A stretch of DNA of 63,640 nt, the filler included, from Licmophora abbreviata (taxonomy: Eukaryota): assembly GCA_900291995.1 (NCBI GenBank). It is 10 parts of 10 records of this genome, joined end to end, with 100 filler letters (N's around TTAATTAATTAA, not from the genome) between each part and the next. Parts side by side here need not be neighbours in the genome. Positions count along the whole stretch, not along the records: positions 9,212 to 15,905 come from OLMU01005233.1; positions 16,006 to 24,021 come from OLMU01005236.1; 8 more parts are not named here. One strand, given 5' to 3'. Position 1 is the stretch's first letter, and each line of letters opens with the position of its first letter. Below, one piece after another: positions 10,378 to 23,514 of the stretch. The notes under the pieces are model-generated. The model did no database searches and had not been told where the DNA came from. It saw only the letters and a list, made by a program, of their open reading frames with translations. The position numbers and the translations under genes were made by a program.

Positions 10378-11780
10378 CTAAAACTGGTTGAGATCTGCAA
10401 ACGGATCGCGTTTCGCCATCTCTGCAGGTTGCGTACCTCCAAAATTGGAAGTAATGCTGTTGCTCGCCATCATATTGGTGCTCATCGTGGGCTGCTGCTG
10501 CTGCTGCTGCTGCATTCCGTTCATGCCAGCGTGTGCCATCATCGGCATGCTTTGCTGCGGTTGCATTGACATGGCTCCTTGCTGCTGCTGCATCAGCATG
10601 CTGGTATTCATGGCTCCTTGCTGCTGCTGCTGCTGCATCATCATCATGTGAGAATTGCCTCCTCCCTGTTGCATCATTACCGGCATGTTGGGATTCATAA
10701 AGCCATTCTGTGTTGACATTGCCGGAGTCGGCATTGCCGGCGAGAACCCCCCGCCCATGGAATTCATGGTAGGAATGCCGTTGCCAGAACTCATTGTCTT
10801 GTTTGTTCCCATACCATTGCTCTGCATCGCAACCGCGCCATTCGTCGAATTGCCAGTGATGCCAAATGCGTCAAACGTCATATTTGCCAAAGGAGCCGTG
10901 GATCCGCCAAAGGCATCGAACGAATTCGCCATCACGGCAGTAGCGGGGGCCGCGGATCCGCCAAAGGCGTCAAATGTGTTTGCTCCTACAGGAGCTGACG
11001 TACCAAACGCGTCAAACGTGTTTGTCGGTGCGGCCGCTGCTACGGGAGCCGGTGGAGTTGTCGACGACGCTCCAATGCCGAACGCGTCAAACGTATTCGT
11101 CGTCGTCGTCGCTGCTGGCGCCGGTCCAATGCCAAAAGCGTCAAACGAGTTCGTCATTGCGACAGGGACAGTCGGTGTTACCGTACTAGAATCACCAAAG
11201 TCCAAAAGATCCACCGCGGGAGCCGCAGGGGGAGCAACCGGCGGGCGAGCCGGAGCAGGCGGTCTCGTCGCAGGAGCCGGGGGACGGCTTTGAGGCGCCT
11301 GCTCCACTTGCCCTTCAGCATAATACTTCTTTCGCTCATAGACATCCAATATGAAGGCTTTGAATCGGTCCAGCGAGTCACCTTCCTTCGGACGTCCTTG
11401 CTCTCCAACGGGCGGTGCACCGGCCAGCCAAGTGGACCGGGCCTTGTCGTTCCCAGCGCGCTTCAGCTGCAAGACCTCGCCTTCTGACCACGCCGACATG
11501 GTCAAGCTCTTGCAGCGATGGGACACTGCCTGATGGGAGCTCTTGCACATGTTGCAGACGAACGTGAGGTACCTGAGAAAGTGAAAGACACAAAAGAGCC
11601 GACTAGAGTGTAAGAGATTTATGCCAGAGGCGGAAGAAAACCTCAATTCTCCATTTCTTACTTGATACAGACTGTGCTGAAGCCATACTTCTTCTGAGTA
11701 CCACAATTGGGACAGATGGTGTTGCAGGGAAGTCTCGCAAGCTTCTTAACGGCTGCTTCGGCCGCGGGAGAGGCCGCCAT
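10378..11780 (-). CDS. ArfGAP-domain protein, AGFG/AGD14-like (exons 11780-11662 and 11572-10378)
   Basis: Spliced CPNC...CNMC zinc finger; HRCKSLTMSAW..EV..L...GN; LLDF box; NxFDAFG repeats; polyQ; C-terminal DPF. Confidence 0.88.
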
Positions 11781-12095
11781 GGTCTGTTTCTTAGGCACCG
11801 CCGACCCCCGGTCGCATTGTGAATGACGTGACTGTGACGTGTAATGGTCCGAGTGTGTCTGCTTCACCTTCAACCACACGCACACAATATGAGGAGACGG
11901 ACACACTCATACAGACGGAATATATGTCATCATGTTCGATCGAAATCTCATGAGTTCGATCGAAGCTCACAGACTCATGAAAAAAGGTGATCGGTGGCTA
12001 CGTATCATTATGGGCAACTCGCAACTCGCAACCAAAAGTTGTGTCTCACAAATTCACAATCTCAATCGATCGACAAACTCTCTTGAAGATCTCGG

Positions 12096-12840
12096 ATGCG
12101 TCTTCGACCCTTCAGTACTACCGCCTTTTCGACCATGACTGCCGCTACTACGAATGTCAAGACTTCTCCTCCTGTGGTGAATGTCAATATCACATCCGAC
12201 CTCATGTGCCCGTGGTGCTGGGTCGGCCTGAAAAAGTTGCAGGCCGCTTCCCAAGAGACCGGCATTGACACCAGCATCACCTGGAAACCCTTCCTGTTGC
12301 GTCCCAATCTACCACAAGAAGGAGTGAGCAAGGGTGATGGGACTCCCGAGAGTCGTGTTGGAACACGCTTGAAGGAGGCCGGAACATCGGTCGGAATCAA
12401 CTTTACTGGCTTGACGGACCGTACTCCCAACACGATAGTGTTTCATGCTACCATGAAGATGCTTCAGGAGCGTGTGTCGTCCCACATTGCTACTCGCTTT
12501 CAGGAAGCGGCCTTTGAAGCCTACTTTACGTTGGGTGTCTTTCCGGATAAGGAAGGTCTCCTGCAGGCAGCTCGCAATATGGAAGAGGGAGGACGTTGAA
12601 TCTAAGAAGGACGAGGGCAAGGTTGACATATACACTACGATTGAGAAGTTTTACAAGGACAAGGATTGTTTGGAAGAGTACAGCGAGGCAGTGAAATTGG
12701 AGGCCTACCACGCATCCAGCAGTGGGGTGGCGGGTGTTCCGTTCTTTGACTTTAATGGCCGTCCTGCCTTTTCGGGTGCTCAGTCCGTATCGACGTTCGC
12801 TAGCTACTTGAATAGAGCTGTACAAGAGAAGAAAGACTGA
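12096..12840 (+). CDS. DsbA-like (FrnE family) thioredoxin-fold protein; 1-nt frameshift near 12588
   Basis: ITSDLMCPWCWVG, WKPFLLRP, GVAGVPFFDFNG...SGAQ. Confidence 0.88.
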
Positions 12841-13512
12841 GTATGTGCTTGTCGTGAGGATACATAGATGGGATCGTCAGTAACTAGTGCATGAGAAGTG
12901 ATAAGTGATAACACAAGCAACTTCTTGATTCAGAATGCTTCTTGTTTGTTGTTGGCTCTTGTCTTTGCCAATCCCCAAAATCTAATCGTGAATGGCTTGC
13001 TCTTTGACGTCGCAGGTGCGAGTAGCGTTAACACCCCAGTGCAATCAGCTCATTGTCGATCCCTTCCACATCCTTGACTGCTCACCATGAAGTGGGCACC
13101 GCCGCGCTCCATTCCATAAAATATGAATTAGAAGTATTTGTATGTGATTTACTTATGTATCCACGATACCACGTCGTCAATAAGGTATTGATACATGTAT
13201 ACATATTAAAGCTCTTTGGGCCTTTATGATGAAATTATTGGGCGTTTTCCATGTTTGATCACGGTTTGGCGGGAAAACATACATGTCACGCCTCAACTCC
13301 GACATCGATGTCGATGACCGCAGTAATTGGGCGACGATGACCACGGCGATCAACTTTCACGGTCAATAGGAAGTCGCTAGACATTTCTCTCCTGCCTCAT
13401 CTTGTCTTGTTGTCCAAGTAGAAGTGCCCTGAATACTGTGGTGGTTGCGACGGCCGGCAGCTCTTCGCTCCAACAGACTACCGAGTGACGACAGTAATTT
13501 CGCAATTTCACG

Positions 13513-15905
13513 ATGAGAAGGCTGGGGACATGGAATGGATTCATGGGGCTCTTTGGATGGCTCACGGGATATACCGGTACGTGTTGGTTTGCTGCGATGA
13601 ATAAATTGCTCGATATCATGAGTCTTCTCTCGCTCACACGCGGGCGCATACCACATTCATCACGTGTTTCGAAATCCTACCAAAACGATACAGATTTCAC
13701 AGTACTACAAACCGACAATCCCTCCAATGTGACTCTCAGCATTCCAAACGTGGTGACTTACTTCGATGCTCCGTCGAACGACGCCTGTACGGTTCCAGAA
13801 GCATTGCCTCTGTCTGGCGCCGTGGTGCAGGGATCGACCGTCAATGCAACAGACGATTTTGGTCTTGGCTCGCCAGATGTCTTTTACACGGTTGAGGGCA
13901 ATGGAAGGATTCTCAAAGTATCCACTTGTGATGACGCAACCACGTTGGCGACGGCCATGGGCGTGCAGAATGGGGGGTGCAGTCAAAGTTTTCTGGCACA
14001 GGTCACGACCGATCCGGACTGTGCGAGCAATGTGAATGCAGCGGCGTTTCAGTGGGATAGTGTAGCGGGCACTTCATATTCGGTTGTTATCTATTCGAGA
14101 CAGTCTAATGCCGAGGGAGACTTCGGTATATCTGCCGTGGACTTTCCGAATCCTGAAAACGATTACTGTGCAGTTCCGGAACCGATTCCAGTCAATGGGG
14201 ACGTACTCTCGGGTACAACGGTGAATGCGACCAGCGAGTTTCAGCTGGGTGCGCCTGAAGTCTTCTATTCGATTGTGGGGAACGGGCGCATCATGAAGGT
14301 TTCCACGTGCGATGATGAAACAACGTTTCCAACGACTGTCGGTGTCCAGAATGGTGGATGCACCACAAGCTTTATTGATCGCGTGAGTGTCGATCCCGAC
14401 TGTCCGGATAATGTCAATGCGGCTGCTGTCACGTGGGACAGCATCGCTGGAACCACATACTCTATAAGCGTCTATGGCAGCCAATCTAATGCTATGGGAG
14501 ATTTTGCCATTTTCGGTATGGATTTTGTCAATCCGGACAACGATTACTGTGCGCAAGGACAAGCGATTCCAACAACAGGGGCACCCGTGGCCGGCTCGAC
14601 TGTGAATGCAACCAGTGAATTTTTGTTAGGGTCGCCCGAAGTATTCTACACAATCGTGGGAACTGGGAATAATATTACAGTCACAACTTGTGCAGATGAG
14701 ACGGTGTTCGAAACCTCATTGTCGATTCAAAATGGTGGGTGTGGTAGCTCCATCCTAGCCAGGGTTAACAGCGACCCAGATTGTCCAGAGAATGTGAATG
14801 CTGCTGCACACACATGGGAAACCGTTGAGGGGCAAACATACTCGATCGCTGTACTTGGGAGACAGGATGGAGAAGTTGGGGATTTCGTGATTTCAGCTGG
14901 GGAAACAGACGTGTCGACTCCTTCAACGACTCCCGGTTCTCCAACAGAGCCAACGGCTCCAGCGTCAGCTCCAAGCTCTCCGACTTTGTCGCCGGCCACG
15001 GCGACGGCTGCACCCGCAAATATAGCCCCGACACCGAGTGCCCCTGTAAATGCAGCTCCTACAGGTGTTACTCCGACGACCGCTCCGGCGAATGTTGCTC
15101 CTACTGCTCAAACGACGGCTCCTGCCAACGCGGGGGCACCGACATCGGCTCCCGCGAATGCCGCTCCGACATCTCCTTCGGCGTCTACTCCAAGCAACCC
15201 AGCTGCACCTAGTGCTCCTGCTACGCCGAGTGCCCCTGTAAACGCAGCTCCTACAGCTTCGTCTCCGGCGACTCAGCCAGCGACTGCTCCGACGAGTATT
15301 GCTCCTACTGCTCAAACGACGGTCCCTGTCAACACTGGGGCTCCGACATCGGCCCCAGCGAATGCCGGGCCGACATCTCCGTCGGTGTCTACTCCAAGCA
15401 GCCCAGCTGCACCCAATAGTCCTGTTACACCAAGTGCTCCAGTTGACGCAGCTCCTACAGCTTTGTCTCCTGCGACTCAACCGGCGAATGTTGCTCCTGT
15501 TACTCCAAGTTCGCCCGTGGAGAGAGTTCCAACGGTTGCTAGTCCGACATCGGCCCCGGCAGGGTCACCGAGTCTTCCACCCATTGCTCCGTTTGCTCCT
15601 ATTGCCTCACCTGTAGTGAGTCCCTCTGCCGAGTCAAGTGCGACTCCAACGTCATTGCCGCAACCAAGCGCCCCAACACAGCCAATACCTCCTATTGTTG
15701 CACCTATCCTACCGCCAATAAATCCGATCGCTCCGGCGGCACCCTTTTCAGCCCCATCGTCACCTCATTCCGTGGCCCCATCCCTGATAACAATAACACC
15801 ATCGGTTGCACCATCAGTTGCACCATCGGTTGCACCGTCCTGTGAACCGACAACTCCTGATGTAAAACCTCATCCGAGACCATCCCATGCCCCTCAGCAC
15901 AAGCC
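13513..15905 (+). CDS. Extracellular protein with three Cys-containing 127-aa domains and a Pro/Thr/Ala/Ser stalk; 3' end in gap; probable in-frame intron 13577-13702
   Basis: NDxC...GSTVNAT...VFY...KVSTCD...VQNGGC repeats start at 13777, 14158 and 14539 (381-nt period); mucin-like stalk from about 14910. Confidence 0.82.
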
Positions 15906-16005
15906 NNNNNNNNNNNNNNNNNNNNNNNNNNNNNNNNNNNNNNNNNNNNTTAATTAATTAANNNNNNNNNNNNNNNNNNNNNNNNNNNNNNNNNNNNNNN
16001 NNNNN

Positions 16006-18366
16006 AGCGCCTCGTCCTCTATCATAAAGGCGACAGACAAACAATGAGCAGTGTATGTCGTACCTTGCAAACACCGTACTTTACAGACCACCGAACCATT
16101 CGAAGGATGACTAGCGGCAGGTGGGACGGTCGAGAGTAGTAGGTCATAGTGACAAGAAGATCTAGAATGCGCATGGCGTTTTCTCGCTTCTCGTCGTTCA
16201 TGACAGGCAGACTCGCCAAGGATTCTTGTGTATGCCTGCTCAGAAGGTGCTTCGTCTTGAATATCTCTGTAAGAACGGTTAGAGTGCCTACCTTCTTTGG
16301 GAACTTCATCATGCCCATTTCCTCTAGTACATAAAAAGCGGTATCGATACCGCGTTCTCGATAGCCCTCCCGTACGCCGCATGACAGAATTAACGTCAAG
16401 TACGGCCGGATCTTCTCATCAAACGTGCGAGCGGTTTCAATCGCGTAGTCCAGGTGCTCTTGCATCACGTCGAAGTGCCCGTTACAGTATTCGGCCTCTG
16501 CTGCCGCGTATGACAGACTCATTCCCAGCTTGTACACCCGCATGTCGTCTCCGTTGTCGAACCGACCAAGATGGATCAAGCCTGTATCGAAATAAATCGC
16601 AGCCGGAATAAAGGCACCGTGCTTCATTGCCTGTGTGAGGAGGAGACAGATGACAAAGTGAGAATGATAAGACATACATACAGCTTGATAGAGTCGTATC
16701 GTACGACACATACCCTCTCTCCTGCGAGCAGATTGTATCTGGCCAGGTCCACTCCCTCCACGTCGAAGGTGGAAATGCACGAAGCACCGCGATTGCATAG
16801 GTCAACGGCCAGCGAGAGTCGGAGATCTTCCAAAGTTTTGTCTTCCAGAAGTGTCCGGCCAATTAATAGCTGCAATTGCGGTCGCTTCTCCTCTGGGATG
16901 AGGTTAAGGGCCGCGTTCTGGATCTGATCGTGGACAAAGGCGTAGCTAACGGTTTCTTCCTCCTTGCCACCGAGGCCTCTCTCCAATAAACCATTCTTGC
17001 GCAATGCATCGAGCACAACACTCACTGCTTGAGAAATCGATGGCTTCGTCTGCTCTTCGAGATCTTTTTCCGAGAACGAGTCTCCTAGATCGGAGATAGA
17101 GCTCTGCAGAATCTCAGTCACAGATCGCCTCTTCGATTCGTTTTCAAGATCGCCCTCAATGCTGAAGCTCTTCTCTTCCAGACTTTCCATGACGAGCGTA
17201 AGCACATTGACTCGAAAAGTCTGGCCAAGACACGCAGCTACCTGTAGCGCAAACTGCCTCTCCGACGGCAGCTTCTGGATCTTATCCATCATCAGATCCA
17301 CAATGTTGTCCGTCACCTTTGTTGACTGGATTCGGTGCTCATCCCAGGTCCACTTCATGACCCCAAAGTGATATGTGAGCATCTCATCCTCATACAATTT
17401 CTTCAGAAACAGAACGACGAAATAAGCATTACCCAGCGTCTTGCGATGGACTATGTCGGCCAAGGGCATTGTCTCCTCTTCCTCGGAGGAACGCAACGCG
17501 TCACTGACGAGCGCATTGACCGCCTCGGCTGTCAAGTTCCCACAATGAATATCATGCATCACCACTGAGCTCGCTTCCAATGTCTTTATCTGTTTCGATA
17601 GAGCATGGTCGTCATCAAGCTCATTGTCTCGGTATGTGCCGACAACGAGCAGTGAATGATTGCTTGCGTCGGTAACAAGGGTCTCCAGGAGCTCCAAGGA
17701 TGCGGCGTCAGCCCACTGTAGATCGTCCAACACCAGAACCAGTGGATGAGACGGACTACATGCGGCCCTAGTAAACTTTCTCAGCAGAAAGTGGAGTCGA
17801 TTCCTTGCTTCCATGTTCCCCGATTCGGTCGTTTCAGCCTGAGTTCCGATCAGATCTTCCAAGTTCGAGATCATATCCGTGAGTACCTTTCCTTCGGACC
17901 CCAATGCCTCTTTGATTTTCTCGATCATTTTATCCTTCAACTTATCTGGTTTCCGCAAGATAGCAGTACAAAGTTCCTTAAAAGCTGCCACAAACGCAGT
18001 GTACGGCTCGACATATTGCTGCAGATCGAATTTCCCCGACACGAAAAATCCTCCTCCTGCACGAACGGGTTTGCAGAGCTGCTGAGCTACTACTGACTTG
18101 CCCGTCCCTGATTGCCCTGATATGAAGACCAGCTTGGTCCGATCCTCATTTTTTGAATTGCTGATGCTGGCAAAGGCGGCCTTGAGTTCGGCGACCTCAG
18201 TTTCCCTCCCGAATATCTTGTCTGCGGACAGATTTAGCTTGTTTAACGTCACTGAATCGTCGTCGCTGCTTCCAATGGATGCCCTCGCAGTTCCTACTCT
18301 CGGAAGGGTCTTGAGAAAAGACTCAGACACTGTAGCATGATAGTCTGGATGAACTCGTTGCGCCAT
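16006..18366 (-). CDS. Multidomain P-loop (AAA_16/STAND-like) ATPase; introns 16713-16631 and from 16063; 3' end in gap
   Basis: FGRETE; Walker A GQSGTGKS; Walker B LVLDDLQWAD; GTYRDNE; KTLGNAYF; YAFVHDQIQ. Confidence 0.88.
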
Positions 18367-19388
18367 GGTCGTCGACGAAACAAACAGCACATGAAGGTGC
18401 GTTGAACGAGAGTGTGACATTCCAAACTTTCTCAAATTTTCAACTTCCGTCTGATTTAGAAACCTACTATCTTGTTCCGTGATGTTCACAGTTGGCTCAC
18501 GTGGAGACTGACGTCCGCCTCATCAAGATCCGGAACGCGTATCTGGTAACATTCCTACGTGCGTAGAGTTTAATGTAAGATGAGTACCGGTACATTCTCA
18601 AGTTTGCTCCCGGTGGAAGGGAAGACGAGACACCGTCGGATTCCAGAGTCCCTAGTGACAAGCAAGCCTGCCAACGAGCCGACTAACCAGCACAGAGAAA
18701 AACTACTGTAAGAGTTCGCTATAGATAGCGATGAGACATTAACTTGGATTCAATGGCCCTCATCCGGAATCATGGCTGACTTTGCCAGAGCTGTGAGGAA
18801 CAGAATTGAAAGTTGGACCTTTGGACGGTAGATTGACGTGATAGATACAGTAGGATGTGTGGCGCGCTAGCCGAGCTTCTGGATCGAATCCTGGAATGTC
18901 GGCTACTGTTCTTGCTTCCGGGAGTGTCACTTTCCTCTCCATTGAATGGGTTTCCTGCCAAAGGTATTTGCATCGAGCGGTTGGTATGGTGGAATATCTT
19001 TCTGTTTTCATGGGGATATGAACATAGTCTGTCCGTCTGAATGGGCTCGCTTTACCATGCATGTGCGATGAAAGGGATCAGTGATACGCCTCACTTGAGG
19101 GATACATATCGAAACTAATTGTTAAGCGAGATGATGGTGTTCAACCTGTAGTCTACGGGATGTGGTCATGGAATCGTCTACGAGGGATGAAGCGGTCCAT
19201 AGATTCTTGACTGCTGTTTGTCTCAATGGTCTGGCGACCATGACACACTGTCCGCTCTAGTAGTGTCGCATCTTCCTAAGAACTTTCTTACTCTGTAATC
19301 CTCTAGTTTGACTTTGACTTTGGTCGCACGATAAATGTCATTGGCTACCGCATAGCTGTCATCTTTCTGTTTTAGACAAATACTTGTC

Positions 19389-20277
19389 CTATTCTGGTAA
19401 ATCACCGATCCAGTAGTCGGGAATCTTTCCCAAGGCTCCCTCGGCACTCCACACGCTGCTTGGAAAGTTTGCGCCGCCCGGCCAGTCGGGGAACCAGCCT
19501 ATACACGTAAAGAGAAGGGGGTGTCAGTCTTCATCAAACAATCGCAAAGCAGCGTTCAACTTTCGAAATGCGCAGTTCGAACCCACCATGATACGCATGT
19601 CCAGCAGCCACAAAGTCTGCCATTCCCAGTAGGCCTAGCAATACAAACACTGCAAAGTAGCCGACAGCCTTGGATTTAAGCAAGGCAGGTTTGACAGCTT
19701 GTACGTCCGCCATGTACGAATTCAACTTTTCTTGCGCCACCGCGGGAGTACACGTGTCGGTCGACTGGGCGAAGGTATCAAAGATGGCTCGTACAGCCAA
19801 TGGATTCTTGTCGGCATTGAAACTTTGAAACGCCGGGAACGTCAGATATCCTCGCTTGGAGAAGAAACTGTCTTCGACGGGATAGTTCTGAATAATTTCT
19901 TCCACTGTCAGTGAACTATTGACGACCGCCATGACGTCCGCGATCCGCAGATCTTCCGGATACATGCAGAGAGGACTGATCCCAAGAGCTTCTCCACCTT
20001 CTGTCGGTCCCTTCCCTTTCAGTTCTCGAATATACCTCGTACTTTTGTACATACGAGGAAACGCACTACGCGCAATGCCGGCAGCACCAGAGGCCCCAAA
20101 GAACCAGATGAAAAAGGCAATTCTCGCCTCTTGCATCGTCTGGACGATTGACGGGTCCGTCAGGTCCACATGAAGGCGGGTAACAGACTTTCGCGTCATT
20201 CTATGGGGAAGCGGGCTAAAGCCTTGGCTCAGGCAAGCCAAAAGGCACAGAGCGATACACAAGCGGAGGTTCGTCAT
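19389..20277 (-). CDS. Plastid-targeted membrane protein of unknown function (exons 20277-19587 and 19498-19389)
   Basis: Signal peptide + SQG-FSP + basic transit peptide; two hydrophobic segments; a GT-AG intron yields the C-terminus HGWFPDWPGG...IPDYWIGDLPE*. Confidence 0.75.
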
Positions 20278-20446
20278 GGTCCATCAGTCGAATGCCGATC
20301 CTTCGAACCGCGATCTTCTTCAATTTGGAACTGACGCACCCTCTCCGGGTTTTCTATCACAGAGCCTCCACGTGGAGCCCCAGAATCTTGAGAAAGATCG
20401 CGTCATCTCAACGCAATTTTGAAATTCTTGGAACATCCTCATCGTC

Positions 20447-21226
20447 ATGACACGGTGCTCCGCGACTTCTCTGTGGACGTTCTTACTGTTTCAAGCATTC
20501 TGCTGCAGTCAGCTATCATCCACAAGCATGTTGTCACACGAGCTGCTTTACTTTGCTGGAAAAGGCCGCGCCGAGGCCATTCGCGTCTGTCTGAGTGCCG
20601 CGGGAATCGACTTTACCGACACCCGCTTCCAGGGCGCGGATTGGCCCAAGGTCAAGCCGACGACGCCCTTGGGAAGTGTCCCTGTGCTCAAGGTGGACGG
20701 GGTACCACACTGTCAGTCCACTGCTCTTTTGCGGTATGCAGGGAAACTTGCGGGATTGTACCCGGAAGATGCTTTGGAGGCATTGAAAGTCGACGAGGCT
20801 TTGGACAGTATGAATGAACTCATGTCCAAGGCTCCGATGGTATGAATCTGACGAAACGCAGCCAGCGTCTGGAAGATAGGAGTGTGCATGTACTCACGCA
20901 TGTGCCTTTGTGTCCATGTGTCGTTGAATCGACAGGCCAAAGACCCAGAAGAACGCAAGAAGGCTCGTCAGGAATTCCAGGCGGGTGCCATGACCAAGTA
21001 TGCCAAGTATTACGAGGATATCATTCAGAGCAGTGGCGGATCTGGCTTTTGCAAGACTCCATCCATTGCGGACTTGGCACTCTGGCTGACTGTGCAGGGA
21101 GTACAGTCTGGAAACTGGGACCACATTGATCCAACGTTTTACGAAGCATATCCAGGAATCGTAGCCGTCTGTGGATCTATCTCCAAGCACGAAAAGGTCC
21201 TGGCCTACTATGCATCAAAGGAGTGA
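20447..21226 (+). CDS. Glutathione S-transferase, sigma-like (intron 20840-20935)
   Basis: LLYFAGKGRAEAIR, TPLGSVPVLKVDG, QSTALLRYAGKLAGLYP, SIADL. Confidence 0.92.
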
Positions 21227-21553
21227 GCCTGTTTAGAAGTTTAGAAGCGAGACAGGCTACCCCGGTACCATCGTGCTCTAGAGTAGGCAGGCACAGTTGC
21301 ATAAGCGTCATTCATCGTCGTACCTTACCTTGTGGACTCTTTTCTCGTATGTATGTCGACCGTACCAGTGTTCTTTCGAAGCCCAAAGATACCAAGAGAT
21401 AGGGTCGGTGCCTTGCTGCTATCATATCGTGCCAGGCACGCGAAGAGGCACGAGAGCCAGTCTTCTCGTCTGTATATACGGAGTAGTGCACAAGCAAGAG
21501 TCGCTGCAGTCGCTTGACAACAGTCTCGTGAGCGAGGGGAGGCTTGTGGGAGC

Positions 21554-23514
21554 ATGTCGTCGTCGGGAGCTCCTTCGTCAGTCACCATCGACCAACCCAC
21601 GGAGATCGATTGTCTGCTGGGACGAGGCGCTGGAGTACGCCAGCATGCAGGCAATCGGCGATTCCTGGAGCTGGCCTATCAGCACCAGAAAGCTTACAGA
21701 TCCTGCATCACATGGGACGAAAAGAACAGGGTCGCCTATCAGGTTATCGAGGCCTTCCGTCCGGGCCGCTTTCTGGAATTCGATAGGAATGATGTCTGGG
21801 TTGAAGTTCGTGGCCAGCGAGCGTTGGCCAAGACGAAACAGGCGCTGCGAGAGGCTCGCTCGCCGGAGCAGCATGCTTCCGTAGTGAGACGGCGTCGGGT
21901 CATGGCTCGTCCGCAAGAAGAACAGCACACGAGGGGACTTTTCATGACCGCCAACGTGAACCCCGCTTTCATTCCTCAGGCGATGAATCGCGTCGGAGCA
22001 TATTCTCACTATGAGACAGGGAGACTGGCTGGGGATATCATTGATTGCCTTGCTTCATTACAGGCTGTGGGTGCAATTGGAGCTACCCCACCCTTTAGGC
22101 CGTCGACCATACCTCCATGTCTACTACAACAGTTTGGCTTGTCGACGCCGTCGCCCATAGCGTCGATAGAGCTACCGTCGACACAGTTTCTTACACCGAT
22201 GGCTCGGACATGGCAGACGTTTCGAAAGCCTGATGATGCCACAGTCAGAGCGTTCCCTTGTGGGAATCATCAGCTGAGGGGAGATGCTCGAGAGCCATCT
22301 CTTGCAGCCGCCATGACGACGGAACAGCGCACCGTCAAGAATTCCTCCTCTGTGCCCGTCAGTCACTTCGGCGCCCCCTACTATCGACTCAAGAGATGGG
22401 GGTCGCGCAGAGTTTGTGCTCCATAAACTCGCAGCTGCCGTTTCAGCTCGATCCAGAGTTGACCGAACAAGAACGAGCGGCGGTCCTCTCAGATCTCTTT
22501 GGGAACTTGTGCACCGTGACGCAGCCATGCAAGCGTGCCAAGCGATGCTTGCCGCGTGATTCTGCCATGACCGCGACCACAGGAGACAACATCTCGTCCC
22601 TGTTGTTAGAAATGAAACGCAAAGTGGATATCTTGCCGACTGCTAAGAAGAAGGCATGGATGGAAGCATCTCGTAAGGGCCGTGCGTCTGAAATCAACGA
22701 CCGGCGAATGGAATTGTTTTTGAGGCGGGAAGATATGGATCCCACCAGGGCTGCTCGTCGGTGGGTTACCTATTGGACAGAGCGACGAGAATGCTTCGGT
22801 CCCGATGTGTTTTGCTTACCAATGACGCTGCACGGGGCAATGAAAGACGATCATTTGGCTCTTGAGGCGGGTGTCAATCGTATTTTGCCTGGAGTGGACG
22901 ATTCGGGTCGACAAATTTCTCTTTCGGTCGTAGGATGGCGCAATGGAGCTACATGTACGCCTGACACTATGGTAAGCGATAGATGCTGCTCGAAGATTGG
23001 GTCCATTTATGAAGCACGGCGTCTCTCATTTTGACTTTTGTTTCGAGAGCAGATCCGACTCATGTGGTATCACCAGGAGATATTGAGTCGACACCCAAAT
23101 GCTGCCAAAGGTATTGTTCGGTTGGTAGACTTCAAGGGGGCGACCTTCAACTTTTTCGAAGACTTTGCGGTCGTACTGAAGACAAGTCATTTACAGGCAT
23201 GCGCCTTTCCTATTCCAGCCCGTGCCACCCACATTTTCAATCTACCGTCAGGGTTATCCAAGATGTTGTCGTTCGCGTTGGCCCAGCTCAATACGGAGAC
23301 CCGTGCCCGTATCGTGATGCACCATGCTCCAGAAAGTCAGACTGTCTGGAAGTTAGCCGAGTATGGCATTCCATCTGCAGCGATACCGATCGAGTTGGGA
23401 GGGTCGTGCGATTACAATCACTCGCGGTGGCTAGCCGATCAACGCGCAGGAGACGCCGAGTGGCAACATCTACCTGGTGGGACCAGAAGCTCACTGCTAT
23501 GCTCTACAGATTAG
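21554..23514 (+). CDS. DUF6824-like N-terminal domain + CRAL-TRIO-like C-terminal domain; frameshift at 22374-22378; intron 22972-23052
   Basis: DCLLGRG...HAGNRRF...GRFL...KTKQALRE; MELFLRREDMDPTRAARRWVTYW; HIFNLP...RARIVMH...IPIELGG. Confidence 0.78.

Noticed and set aside
10388..11293. Poly-Cys and Gly/Ala-rich plus-strand ORFs
   Set aside because: Antisense of the polyQ and low-complexity region of the ArfGAP gene
16006..18366. Bacterial contaminant contig
   Set aside because: Spliceosomal introns are present, and eukaryotic neighbours lie on the same contig
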